Source: Capsulimonadaceae bacterium (GTDB lineage: Bacteria; Armatimonadota; Armatimonadia; Armatimonadales; Capsulimonadaceae). Taken from it: a stretch of DNA of 64,000 bases. Positions 44,113 to 53,509 of the stretch are shown here, piece by piece. Position numbers and translations under genes: made by a program. The stretch lies in contig OZ244065.1 of assembly GCA_965215505.1 (NCBI GenBank), forward strand, positions 64,001-128,000, written 5' to 3'. How positions within the stretch are numbered: the first letter of the stretch is position 1; each line of letters opens with the position of its first letter. Below the pieces are notes generated by a model. The model was not told the origin of the DNA, did no database searches, and worked only from the letters and a program-made list of their open reading frames with translations.

Positions 44113-46827
44113 CTAAGCCTCTTTCGGCGGCGTGTCGGCGAACAGCTCGACCGCGCTGACCGTGGCATCCCGGTCCGGGCTGCCCGGCGCAGGGGCGACG
44201 GCGATGACGAGGCTGCCGTGCGGGCCGGGCCGGAGGCCCGTGAACTCCTTGACGACGGCCCGGTTCGTGCCGCCCGCCTCGGCGACGTCGAAGTCTTGCA
44301 GGATCGTCGCGCCGTTCAGGGAGACGTTCATCCGGCGCTCGCCCGCAGACGCCTCCTCGCCTGCGGCGAAGTGCAGGCGTAGCGTGTAGGTGCGCCCGCC
44401 GGGCAGGACCGGTGCCGGGAGGGTGTAGCTGACTTCGCCGCCGCGCCCGGTTCGGTAGACGGCAGCGGGTGCGGCGTTGGAGGCGGGCGTGTCTACGGCA
44501 ACCTCACGATGAACCAGGCTGCCGCCTTGAACGAAGCAGTCGCCGACGAAATCGCCCGTCTCTTCGCCGCCGCAGTTGACTCGGATGACCGGCCCGACCG
44601 GGCCGCCGTCATAGGCGACGGGGGCGTATTCGGACAATGAGGAGGGCAGATCGCCCGGCTCCAGCTCCCGCTCAGGCGGCTCTGGCCCCAGGGCGAGGCG
44701 CAGTAAGCCGCCCCCGATCAGCGCGTCATGCTGGACGCAGAGCGGGCCGTGGGCCTGCCCATTAAGCGAAACGCTCTGAACGTAGGCGTTCGCCTCGGAC
44801 GCGCCGGGTGCCTCAATGACCAATGTCTTGCCATCCGCCACCTGGAGACGGGCGGCAGGGAACAGCGGCGAGGTGAGGACGTACTCGGGGACGCCGGGGC
44901 AGAGTGGCCCCAGGCCCAGGGCGTTCAGGACGTACCACGAGGCCATCTCGCCGTTGTCCTCATCGCCGGGCAGGCTGTCCGGCGTGTAGAGGATGTCCAG
45001 CACGCGCCGGGTCCAGTACTGCATCTTCCACGGGCTTCCTGCCGCCGCGTAGAAGTAGAGGAAGGAGTGGACGGGCTGGTTGCCCTGGTCGTACTGGCCG
45101 AAGTCCACGGCGGCCATTTCGGCCATCTCGTGGATGACCCCGCCATAAGTGCCGGGGCGGAAGGTCGGCGGCTGATAGAGGAAGCGGTCCAGCTTGGCGA
45201 GTACCTTCGACGGCCCGCCCATCAGGGCCGTCAGGCCGGCGGGGTCGTGCGGGACGGTGAAGTTGAACTGCCACGCGCTGCCCTCGATGAAAGGGTCGCC
45301 CCAGGCGTAAGAATCAAAAGGATCAGACCATTTCCCGTCGGCGTTTTTGCCGCGCATGAACGTCGTCGCCGGGTCGTAGACGTTCCGGTAACTCAGGGCG
45401 CGCTCCCGGTACTTGGCCTGATCCTCGTGCTTCCCCAGCGCCCCGGCCACTTGCGCGAGGCAGAAGTCGTCGTAGGCATAGTCCAAAGTCCGTGCGGTCG
45501 CGTGGTCGTACTTGTCGGCGGGGACATAGCCGAGGCTCAGATACTCGCGGAGCGCGATGCGGCCGTAGCCCTTCTCGCCGTCAACGGGCGTGTTGGCATG
45601 CTTGACCATGCCCGCGTAGGCCGCCTCGCGGTCGAAGCCGCCGATGCCCTTAACGACGGCGTCGGCGATCACGGCGTCAATGTGCGTCCCAATCATGCAG
45701 GCGCGGTAGCCGGGCGAAGGCCAGTTGGGCAGCCAGCCGCCCTCCTTGTAGGCGTTGACGAAGCCCTGAATGATCTCGCCCAGCCGCGTCGGCTGAATCA
45801 GGGACAGCAGGGGGTAGACCGTGCGGTAGGTGTCCCAGAAGCCGTTGTCGGTGTAGAGGACGCCCGGATGGACTTCGCCGTCATAGGGGCTGTAATGGAC
45901 CGGCTGACCCTCGGCATCCGGCTCGTGGAACATGCGCGGGAACAGGTGCGCGCGGTAGAGGCAGCTATAGAAGGTCCGCCGCTGGTCGTCCGTCCCGCCC
46001 TCGACCTGGATGCGGCTTAATGTCTCGTTCCAGACGGCCTCGGCCTCATCACGCAGGGCGTCAAAGCTTTTGTCGCCGACCTCATGCTCCAGGTTACGGA
46101 GGGCCTGCTCGGCGCTGATAAACGACGTGCCGAGCTTCAGGACGACTTGGCCGGATGGGGGCGGCACGAACTCGGCCACCGCGCCGATGTATTCGCCCTC
46201 AAGCGTCACTTGGTCTTCGGCGATCTCTCCGGCGTGCGTGGGGAGTGCGCTCCGCCAGTCCTGGTCGAAGACGGCGGCAAAATAGCAGGCGAAATTGCCG
46301 GGGACGCCGCCGGAGTTCAGCCGGGAGAAGCCCGCAATCAGGCGGCGCTCCGGGTGGATCGCGACCTGTGAGTGGGCGTCAAAGATGACCCGGCCCGCTT
46401 CGCCCGATGGGAAGATGAATCGGAAGACGGCGCACCGCTCCGTCGGCGTCATTTCCAGTCTGACGTTGTCCCGCTGGAGCAGCACACACAGCGAGTGCGG
46501 CAGGATAGTCAGGTCTTCCGGGCGATAGGCCGAGCCCCGCGCCTTTGCCGCCAGGGCAGAGGCCCCCGCCTGGGCCATGACCGTGAATTGGCCGTAGTCG
46601 CTCATCCAGGGGCTGGGCTGATGGGTGGCCCGAACGCCGATGAGTTCGTGCTTATCCGGTTCAAAGAACCAGCGTTCCGCCTCCGAGGTCTGCGGCGACC
46701 AGTGGGTCAGGCCGAAGGGGCGGCCGACCAGCGGCAGGGTGTTGCCGCGCGAGAACGACTGCACGGAGTTTGTGCCTTGCAGGGGGTTGACGTATCGCGT
46801 CAGGTCTTCCCGTGGGGGAATGGGCAT
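44113..46827 (-). CDS. GH92 alpha-mannosidase with C-terminal malectin-like domain
   Basis: YVNPLQGT, THQPSPWMSDYG, GFWDTYRT, RTLEY-like RTLDYAYDD, GNQP, PGDEDNGEMASWY; RVNCGG...LRLHFA...LQDFDV (malectin). Confidence 0.92.
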   Translation of the reverse strand: MPIPPREDLTRYVNPLQGTNSVQSFSRGNTLPLVGRPFGLTHWSPQTSEAERWFFEPDKHELIGVRATHQPSPWMSDYGQFTVMAQAGASALAAKARGSAYRPEDLTILPHSLCVLLQRDNVRLEMTPTERCAVFRFIFPSGEAGRVIFDAHSQVAIHPERRLIAGFSRLNSGGVPGNFACYFAAVFDQDWRSALPTHAGEIAEDQVTLEGEYIGAVAEFVPPPSGQVVLKLGTSFISAEQALRNLEHEVGDKSFDALRDEAEAVWNETLSRIQVEGGTDDQRRTFYSCLYRAHLFPRMFHEPDAEGQPVHYSPYDGEVHPGVLYTDNGFWDTYRTVYPLLSLIQPTRLGEIIQGFVNAYKEGGWLPNWPSPGYRACMIGTHIDAVIADAVVKGIGGFDREAAYAGMVKHANTPVDGEKGYGRIALREYLSLGYVPADKYDHATARTLDYAYDDFCLAQVAGALGKHEDQAKYRERALSYRNVYDPATTFMRGKNADGKWSDPFDSYAWGDPFIEGSAWQFNFTVPHDPAGLTALMGGPSKVLAKLDRFLYQPPTFRPGTYGGVIHEMAEMAAVDFGQYDQGNQPVHSFLYFYAAAGSPWKMQYWTRRVLDILYTPDSLPGDEDNGEMASWYVLNALGLGPLCPGVPEYVLTSPLFPAARLQVADGKTLVIEAPGASEANAYVQSVSLNGQAHGPLCVQHDALIGGGLLRLALGPEPPERELEPGDLPSSLSEYAPVAYDGGPVGPVIRVNCGGEETGDFVGDCFVQGGSLVHREVAVDTPASNAAPAAVYRTGRGGEVSYTLPAPVLPGGRTYTLRLHFAAGEEASAGERRMNVSLNGATILQDFDVAEAGGTNRAVVKEFTGLRPGPHGSLVIAVAPAPGSPDRDATVSAVELFADTPPKEA

Positions 46828-46846
46828 AATGTTTTCCTTGCGACCC

Positions 46847-47953
46847 CTATCCGCCCGCTTTCGGTGGAGCGAGTGCGCTAATGCCGGGGAGCGCGTTGAA
46901 CTGGTCGTCGAACAGGGAATTGCCGTGGTTATAGTTCGGCAGGCCGTCAATGGGAACCCACTCGGGCTGCCAGTAGATGACGCCGCGCCCCAGTCCGTCC
47001 GGCGTCTCCGCGACCGTCTTCACAAGGTCGGTCAGGAAGCGGCGCTGGCCCTCCGGCGTCCTCCCATACTCGTTGTAGACGATCTGGCCTGGCCTGGCCG
47101 CGCCGTGCTGGGGGAAGGCGGTTTCGGCGATGACGAGCGGCTTGTGGTACTTCCGGGCGGCGATGGCGAGCGCGTCCTTGAGCTGGGCCAGCGTGTTCCT
47201 GCCGTCCGGGTAGTAGCTCAGGCCAATCAAATCGTAGTCAATGCCCTGCCTCTGCGGATCAAGGTGGTCGAAAAACCACTTGGTCCGGCCCGCGTCCGCG
47301 CCGTTATCAATGTGGACCATGACGAGCGGGGCGGGCAGCGAACCCGCGCCCTCGCGGACGCCCGCGATGCCGGCCTTCAGCAGCGTGCCGTACCTGGTCC
47401 AGCCGTCCGGCCCGTCGGCCCTGCCGTCGGGCCAGAGCATCCCGTTGATCGTCTCATTGCCGACCGCCACGATGTCCGGCATGGCCCCGTTGAAGCGCAA
47501 TGTCGCGACCACGCCACGGCTATAAGTCTCCATCTGGCGGGTGAGCCGGTCGAACGGCAAGTCTTTCCAGGCTGCGGGCTTGGCCTGCTGTCCGGGATCG
47601 GCCCAGGTGTCCGAATAGTGGAGGTCCAGCAGGAAGAGCAGGCCGGCGGCCTTGACCCGCTTGGCCAGGGCGACGGTGTATGGCAGGTCGTTGACATACT
47701 CCCCCCGCCCGGTGGGGTGGACCCAGAGCCGCAGGCGGACGACGTTCCAGCCGTGCGACTTGAAGATCTGGAGCGCGTCGCGCGGCCTGCCGTCGTCTTT
47801 ATAGACCGCACCTAGCTGCTCCTCACGCGCGAGGAACGACAGGTCGCCGCCGGCCAGAAAGGGCGGCCTTGACCCGGCGGCCGCGGCCCCGGCCGGGCCT
47901 GCCAGGGCGGCGGAGAGCAGAACCAGGGCGAGGCGCAGCGGGAGCGGCATCAT
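46847..47953 (-). CDS. GH53 arabinogalactan endo-beta-1,4-galactanase
   Basis: VRLRLWVHP, LDLHYSDTWADPGQQAKPAAW, VGNE, GLSYYP, IAET, YWQPEW. Confidence 0.93.
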   Translation of the reverse strand: MMPLPLRLALVLLSAALAGPAGAAAAGSRPPFLAGGDLSFLAREEQLGAVYKDDGRPRDALQIFKSHGWNVVRLRLWVHPTGRGEYVNDLPYTVALAKRVKAAGLLFLLDLHYSDTWADPGQQAKPAAWKDLPFDRLTRQMETYSRGVVATLRFNGAMPDIVAVGNETINGMLWPDGRADGPDGWTRYGTLLKAGIAGVREGAGSLPAPLVMVHIDNGADAGRTKWFFDHLDPQRQGIDYDLIGLSYYPDGRNTLAQLKDALAIAARKYHKPLVIAETAFPQHGAARPGQIVYNEYGRTPEGQRRFLTDLVKTVAETPDGLGRGVIYWQPEWVPIDGLPNYNHGNSLFDDQFNALPGISALAPPKAGG

Positions 47954-47956
47954 GCC

Positions 47957-50197
47957 CTATTGTACCTGAGCGATGCCGACATCTATCACCTGCCCGCCGA
48001 CCGTCTGACGGCAGTGGACGGCGATCACGTTCGCGCCAGGGTGAAGCGCGGCCCGCGCCGCGTCCGACATCGGCAAGGAGGCGTACTCGCCGGTGTAGCC
48101 GGTCGCCGAGGCGGCCAGGATGCCGTTGATGTAGACCTCGACGTCTTCATCGTGCCGCGCCCGGACGACCATCTTGGCCGGGAGGGCGGCGGGCAGGGTG
48201 ACGGCGCGGCGCAGCCAGATGTCGCCGGGCGTGTCGTTCCAGGCGGTGCGGACGTTGTCCGCGCCGTGGCCGAAGGGGGCAGGCCCGGTCTTCCAGGTCG
48301 AGGCGTCGAAGCCGGTCCGGGTCCAGTCGCCTGCGGGTCTGGCCGTCGTATACGACCAGACGTGCGGGTCATCCTCCGAGGTCGGCACCAGGTCGGTGTC
48401 GGGGTGCGGGTCGGGCTGCATGGCCGGGAACCGGCCCCGGTTGGCCTCGGAGACGATGACGGGGTCGACCTTGACGACCTGGCGGTCGTAGGTCAGCAGG
48501 CCGTTCAGCTCCTGTTCCACGTCGGTGAGCTGCGTGTAGACGACCGCGCCCGTCCCCCGACTCTCCTCGATCCCGTAGGCATTCCGGAGGAGTTCTTGGT
48601 AGCGCCTGGTGGTCTTCCAGCCTTCACTCAGGACCCTGCCGTAGCCCATGACCTTGCCCGAGAACAGCGTGTGGCCGGCGACGCTCTGGGTCACGCCGCC
48701 GAACTCGCCGTTGACGGCGGCCCGTGTCGGTTCCGGCACCTCCGACCAGGGGCCGGGGTAGGCGTGCGTGTCGCGCAGATCGCCGACCCCTTTGTCGGTC
48801 CACCCGCTGGCGTTGTTGACCAGACGCGTCGGGTCGAGCCGCTTGGTCAGCGCGACGATGGACTCCGTATCATGCTGCCCCCAGCCCTCGTTGAACGTCG
48901 TCCAGACGATGATGGACGGGTGGTTGTAAAACTGCGCGACCTCGCTCTCCCATTCGGCCAGCCACTGCGCCTTGGCCGCGTCGTTCAGGTCGCCAAAGGC
49001 CTGCGGCATGTCCTGCCAGACGAGCATGCCCAGTCTGTCGGCCCAGTAGTACCAGCGGTCGGGTTCCACCTTGGCGTGCTTGCGGAGCAGGTTGAAGCCG
49101 AGCTGCTTGGCGGCGACGATGTCGGACTTCAAGGCGTCGTCGGTGGGGGCGGTGTAGACGCCGTCCGGCCAGTAGCCCTGGTCCAGCGCGCCCACTTGGA
49201 ACACGAAATGGTTGTTGAGCATGGGCCGCGTCCGCCCCTGGGCATCTTTGCCTAGTGAGACCTTCCGCATGGCGAAGTAGCTGTCCACACCGTCGCCGCC
49301 TTTGCCGACCAGCGAGACGCGCAGGCCGTACACATGCGGGTCGCCCGGCGACCACAGGTGGGGGCTTGGGATCGGCAGCGCGATTTCGGCCCCCGCATTG
49401 CCCACGGCCGTCGCCACCGTCCTGCCGCCGTCGGTGGCCGTGACCCGCACCGGGGCCGCGCCGCCGTCCGTGCTGACGGTCAGGCGCAGGGCGTGGGCGT
49501 CAATGTCGGGCGTGATCTTCAGGCCGCTGATGTGCCGGGCGGGCACCGGCTCCAGCCAGACCGACTGCCAGATGCCCGTTGCTCCGGTGTAGAAGATGCC
49601 GCCCGAATGTGTCCGCTGCTTGCCGACGACCTGTGCGTCGGGCCTGTCAACGGTCATCGGGTTAAAGGCCGAAACGATTATCTCGTTCGCGCCGGGTCTG
49701 AACGCGTCCGTGACGTCGTATTTAAAGCCCGTGTAGCCGCCCTTGTGTTCGCCGAGGTCTTTCCCGTTGACCGAGACGGTCGAGTCCCAGTTGACGGCGC
49801 CGAAGTGCAGCAGGACACGCTGGCCCTTCCAGGAAGGCGGGACGGTGAACGTCCGGCGATACCACAGCCGCTGGGCGGCGGGGCTGGGCTTGCCGACGCC
49901 CGACAGGGCCGCCTCATAGGGGTAGGGGACGAGGATCTTGCCGTCATAGGCGGCGGGTGGGGTTGTGGCATCGCTGGCCGTCAGGCCATAGTCCCAGGAG
50001 CCGTTGAGGCTTTGCCAGCGGGCGCGGGTCATCTGGGGGCGGGGATACTCGGGGAGGGCGTTGGTCGCGGAGACGAGTTTCGCCCAGCGCGTGGGCAGCC
50101 GACCGCCGGAGATCGTCTGCGCCCCGGCAATCGGAGCGATCAGGAGTACGCCGAGTGCCAGCAGTGTGGCGGTGTAGGTTAAGGAACGTGGTTGCAT
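47957..50197 (-). CDS. Secreted GH2 glycoside hydrolase
   Basis: PEYPRPQ, LHFGAV, TGIWQSVWLE, LDQGYWPDG, HPSIIVWTTFNEGWG. Confidence 0.9.
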   Translation of the reverse strand: MQPRSLTYTATLLALGVLLIAPIAGAQTISGGRLPTRWAKLVSATNALPEYPRPQMTRARWQSLNGSWDYGLTASDATTPPAAYDGKILVPYPYEAALSGVGKPSPAAQRLWYRRTFTVPPSWKGQRVLLHFGAVNWDSTVSVNGKDLGEHKGGYTGFKYDVTDAFRPGANEIIVSAFNPMTVDRPDAQVVGKQRTHSGGIFYTGATGIWQSVWLEPVPARHISGLKITPDIDAHALRLTVSTDGGAAPVRVTATDGGRTVATAVGNAGAEIALPIPSPHLWSPGDPHVYGLRVSLVGKGGDGVDSYFAMRKVSLGKDAQGRTRPMLNNHFVFQVGALDQGYWPDGVYTAPTDDALKSDIVAAKQLGFNLLRKHAKVEPDRWYYWADRLGMLVWQDMPQAFGDLNDAAKAQWLAEWESEVAQFYNHPSIIVWTTFNEGWGQHDTESIVALTKRLDPTRLVNNASGWTDKGVGDLRDTHAYPGPWSEVPEPTRAAVNGEFGGVTQSVAGHTLFSGKVMGYGRVLSEGWKTTRRYQELLRNAYGIEESRGTGAVVYTQLTDVEQELNGLLTYDRQVVKVDPVIVSEANRGRFPAMQPDPHPDTDLVPTSEDDPHVWSYTTARPAGDWTRTGFDASTWKTGPAPFGHGADNVRTAWNDTPGDIWLRRAVTLPAALPAKMVVRARHDEDVEVYINGILAASATGYTGEYASLPMSDAARAALHPGANVIAVHCRQTVGGQVIDVGIAQVQ

Positions 50198-50243
50198 GGG
50201 GCTTCCTTGTGCTTTCCGGGTTGGACCGCGATTAACGAAAACA

Positions 50244-50265
50244 GGCCGGCCCGAAAGGGCCGGCC
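50244..50265 (-). terminator. Terminator-like hairpin
   Basis: GGCCGGCCC-GAAA-GGGCCGGCC, followed by TGTTTT on the minus strand. Confidence 0.55.
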
Positions 50266-50288
50266 ATGTTCCGCTCGCCGGCCCTGTT

Positions 50289-53126
50289 CTAGTTGCCGGC
50301 CTTCATGCTCAGTCCGGCGCTTTTAAGGCCCGTTGCGCTCGCCGTGAGTGAGATGCCGCCGGGCCGCTCGCCAGCGCCGACGATGACCATGCACTTGCCG
50401 TTGAAGGCGTGGCGGGAGGAGGCCTTGTCCGGCTCGTGGTTCGTCGGGTCGCCGTTGCCGACGCCCGCGACGTGGCCCGCGCCCGTGACGGCGAACGTGA
50501 CATCCGTGTCCGCCGTCGGGACGATGCGGCCCTGGGCGTCCACGACGTCCACCTCCACCATCGTCAGGTCCTCGCCGTCCGCCGTCAGGGCGGTCCGGTC
50601 CGTCGTCAGGCGCAGGCCGGCGGGCGCACCGGTCGTTTCCACCTTGTCGGTCGCCATGACCTTGCCCGATGCGTCGAAGCCGCGCGCCTCCAGCGTACCG
50701 GGGGCGTAGGGGACGGACCAGGACAGGTGGCCGTTCGCGGGCATGTCCTTCGCGCCCAGGCTCGCCCCGTTCAGGAAGAGTTCGACGCGGGCGGCGTTGG
50801 AGTAGGCCCAGACGTCAATCGGCTGGCCCTCTTTGCCGGCCCAGTTCCAGTGTGGCAGGACGTGGACGATGGGCTTGTCGCCCCAGACGGCCTGGTAGTA
50901 ATAGTAGCTGTCCTTGGGGAAGCCGCACTCGTCCATGACGCCGAAGTTGGAGTTGATGTCGGGCCACCCGAACGGCGTCGGCTCGCCCTTGTAGTCGAAG
51001 CCCGTCCAGATGTAGCCGCCGGCGACGTAGGGCCGGTCGGCGATGGGCTTCCAGGCGTCTTCCGCCGTCTGCGCCCACGGCGGGGCGTTGACGTCGTAGG
51101 CGCTGACAAAGCCCTTGGTCTGGTCGCCGTAGTAGCGGTCGAACTTGTCCGAGGTGTACACGCCGCGCGTGCTGACCTGGCTGGCCGTCTCGCTGCCGTA
51201 GAGCGGCATCGTGGGGTGTGCCTGGTGGAAACGGTCATACGCGCCGGGGTTGTAGTTGATGCCCTGCAAGTCCTCCACCGAGCTGATGCCGACGGCGGAG
51301 TCGTAGCCGCCGTTCATGGCGCAGGTCACGGGCCGCGTCCCGTCGTCCTGATCCACGACTTTTTTCATCGCCGCGAAGATGCGCGCCGCCGCCGGGCTGC
51401 CCTGGATGCCTTCCTCGTTGCACATGGACCACATGATGATGCTGGGGTGGTTGCGGTCCCGGAGTACCATGCTCTCGACTTCATGCAGGTCCTGGTAGGG
51501 GGTGTTCTGTGAGGCCTTGCCGTTCTCGGTATCGCCGAGGTGCCGGTTCTCGTCCATGACCAGCATTCCCAGCTTGTCGCAGGCGTCCAGCAGCTCGGAG
51601 GTCGGCGGGTTGTGGGACATCCGGTAGGCGTTGCTGCCCATCTCCTTCAGCTTCTTGACGCGCCAGAGAAGCAGGCTGTCCGGCATGGCGACGCCGACCC
51701 CGGCGAAGTCCTGGTGGTTGCACGTTCCCTTGATCTTGACGGGCTTGCCGTTCAGGAAAAAGCCCTGCGCGGCATCAAACCGGATGGTGCGGATGCCGAA
51801 CGGCGTGTCCGTGGCGTCAACGACTTGGCCCCCATGCATGATCTCCGTGTGGAGCGTGTACCGCTGGGGCGTCTCGATGGACCAGAGCGCAGGGCGGGCG
51901 ACGGTGATCTGCTGGCTGACCTGCCGCGAACCGGTCTGGTCGCCGGCGCGCTCTGTGGCCGTGCCGACCACCCTGCCGGCTGGATCAAGGACGCGTGAGA
52001 CGAGCGTGAAGGCCGGGTTCCCGTTGAAATCCGCCGGATAGTCAACGGTCGTCTTCACATTGACGGTCGCGGGGCCGGTGACGCCGTCAGGCCCCGGCTC
52101 AACCATCTTGGTGCTGACGAACGTGCCCCAGGGCGCGATGTGAACCGGATCGGCGACGTTCAGCCAGACGTGGCGGTAGATGCCGCCGCCCTCGTACCAC
52201 CAGCCCTCGGACTTCTGCGCGTTGGTCTGCACGGCCAGCACGTTCCTGCCCCCATAGTGGGCGGCCTGGCTGATGTCATACCGGAACGGGGTGTAGCCGC
52301 AGGGGTGTTCGCCCAGCAGGACCCCATTCAGATAGACCTTGCTGTCGCGGTACGCGCCGTCGAAGTCCAGCCAAAGGGCTTTTCCTTTGTCCGAAGCGGG
52401 CAGCGTAAACGTCTTCCGATACCAGGCCCCCGTCGGGATCAGCGAGCCGTGACTGGGATCACCCTGGGGCGTGAAGGCCGACTCCACGACGTAATCATGC
52501 GGCAGGTGGACGGTGCGCCAGGCGGCGTCGCTCATCTCCGGCTGGGACGGGTCGCCGCCGCCCGATGTGGGCGCGGCGGTGAGGCCCAGCGTGACCGGGG
52601 CGGTGATGCCGCCGCCGCCCGCCGTGTTCTCGACCAGGACGGCCAGGGTGTTCGGCCCCGCCGCGTTCCAGGCCGCGTCCAGCGGCACTTCAAAGGCATC
52701 ATTCCAGCCCTCATGGTGCGTCAGCCTCTGGCCGTTGAGGTAGACGGTGGCGTTGTCATCCACGCCGTCAAAGCGCAGGGTCCGCCCCCGCGCGGCCAGG
52801 GCCGGCAGCGTCGTCCGGAACCAGGCGAACCCGCTGCGGCCCTGGAAGACGTCCGCGCCGTCCGCCGCAGTCTGCCAGTCGCCGCCGGCCGTGTCCAGTG
52901 TGGCGGCCGTCATGGCCGTGGCCTCGTCCGCCTGACCGACGCGCCAGCGCCATCCGGTCACGGAGACGGCGTTCCGGAGGACGACCGGCGCGTCCTGATG
53001 GAAGCGCCAGCCGGCGTCCATCAGGATGTGCTGCCGGGCGGAAGGCGCGGCGGCCTGCGCCTGAGAATGCGTGAGTGCGGCGGCTCCGAGTGTCAGCGCG
53101 CCGAGCAGGGCAAGGTTCTTTTTCAT
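50289..53126 (-). CDS. Secreted GH2 beta-galactosidase
   Basis: LPHDY, WWYEGGGIYRHV, RDRNHPSIIMWSMCNEE, WTGFDYKGEP, HVLPHWNW, GVGNGDP; likely start MKKNL at 53126. Confidence 0.92.
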   Translation of the reverse strand: MKKNLALLGALTLGAAALTHSQAQAAAPSARQHILMDAGWRFHQDAPVVLRNAVSVTGWRWRVGQADEATAMTAATLDTAGGDWQTAADGADVFQGRSGFAWFRTTLPALAARGRTLRFDGVDDNATVYLNGQRLTHHEGWNDAFEVPLDAAWNAAGPNTLAVLVENTAGGGGITAPVTLGLTAAPTSGGGDPSQPEMSDAAWRTVHLPHDYVVESAFTPQGDPSHGSLIPTGAWYRKTFTLPASDKGKALWLDFDGAYRDSKVYLNGVLLGEHPCGYTPFRYDISQAAHYGGRNVLAVQTNAQKSEGWWYEGGGIYRHVWLNVADPVHIAPWGTFVSTKMVEPGPDGVTGPATVNVKTTVDYPADFNGNPAFTLVSRVLDPAGRVVGTATERAGDQTGSRQVSQQITVARPALWSIETPQRYTLHTEIMHGGQVVDATDTPFGIRTIRFDAAQGFFLNGKPVKIKGTCNHQDFAGVGVAMPDSLLLWRVKKLKEMGSNAYRMSHNPPTSELLDACDKLGMLVMDENRHLGDTENGKASQNTPYQDLHEVESMVLRDRNHPSIIMWSMCNEEGIQGSPAAARIFAAMKKVVDQDDGTRPVTCAMNGGYDSAVGISSVEDLQGINYNPGAYDRFHQAHPTMPLYGSETASQVSTRGVYTSDKFDRYYGDQTKGFVSAYDVNAPPWAQTAEDAWKPIADRPYVAGGYIWTGFDYKGEPTPFGWPDINSNFGVMDECGFPKDSYYYYQAVWGDKPIVHVLPHWNWAGKEGQPIDVWAYSNAARVELFLNGASLGAKDMPANGHLSWSVPYAPGTLEARGFDASGKVMATDKVETTGAPAGLRLTTDRTALTADGEDLTMVEVDVVDAQGRIVPTADTDVTFAVTGAGHVAGVGNGDPTNHEPDKASSRHAFNGKCMVIVGAGERPGGISLTASATGLKSAGLSMKAGN

Positions 53127-53300
53127 GGGTGAAGTCTTAAAAGGGCGAGGGGTGGATTTCCTGATGACGGAAGGGCAGGGGCGAACGCCCCGCGTGTCCT
53201 TCCCGCGAAAGATGAGGATTACGGAAATTATACTACAGGTGGGAACAAAAAGCAAGCAGAATGCAGGGGATAGGGCGACGGCGCACCACTCGGGTTTTCC

Positions 53301-53450
53301 AGCCCATGCCATGAATGGCACGGCTAAACGGCGCAGACGCCACGAAGTACCGCTTCGCGGCACTCGGAAAGAGGTCAGAAGAGTCTTAGCCCCGCGAAGC
53401 GGTGCTTCCTAGCCGAAGGCTGAATAGCCGTGCCATTCATGGCATGGGCT
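53301..53450. repeat. REPIN-like long inverted repeat
   Basis: Perfect 26-bp arms AGCCCATGCCATGAATGGCACGGCTA / TAGCCGTGCCATTCATGGCATGGGCT; inner ACCGCTTCGCGG / CCGCGAAGCGGT. Confidence 0.85.
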
Positions 53451-53509
53451 TCATAAAATAAAAGCCGCATCCTGTTCGGTTTCCTCTAACCACGCACATA
53501 CTATCAGTA

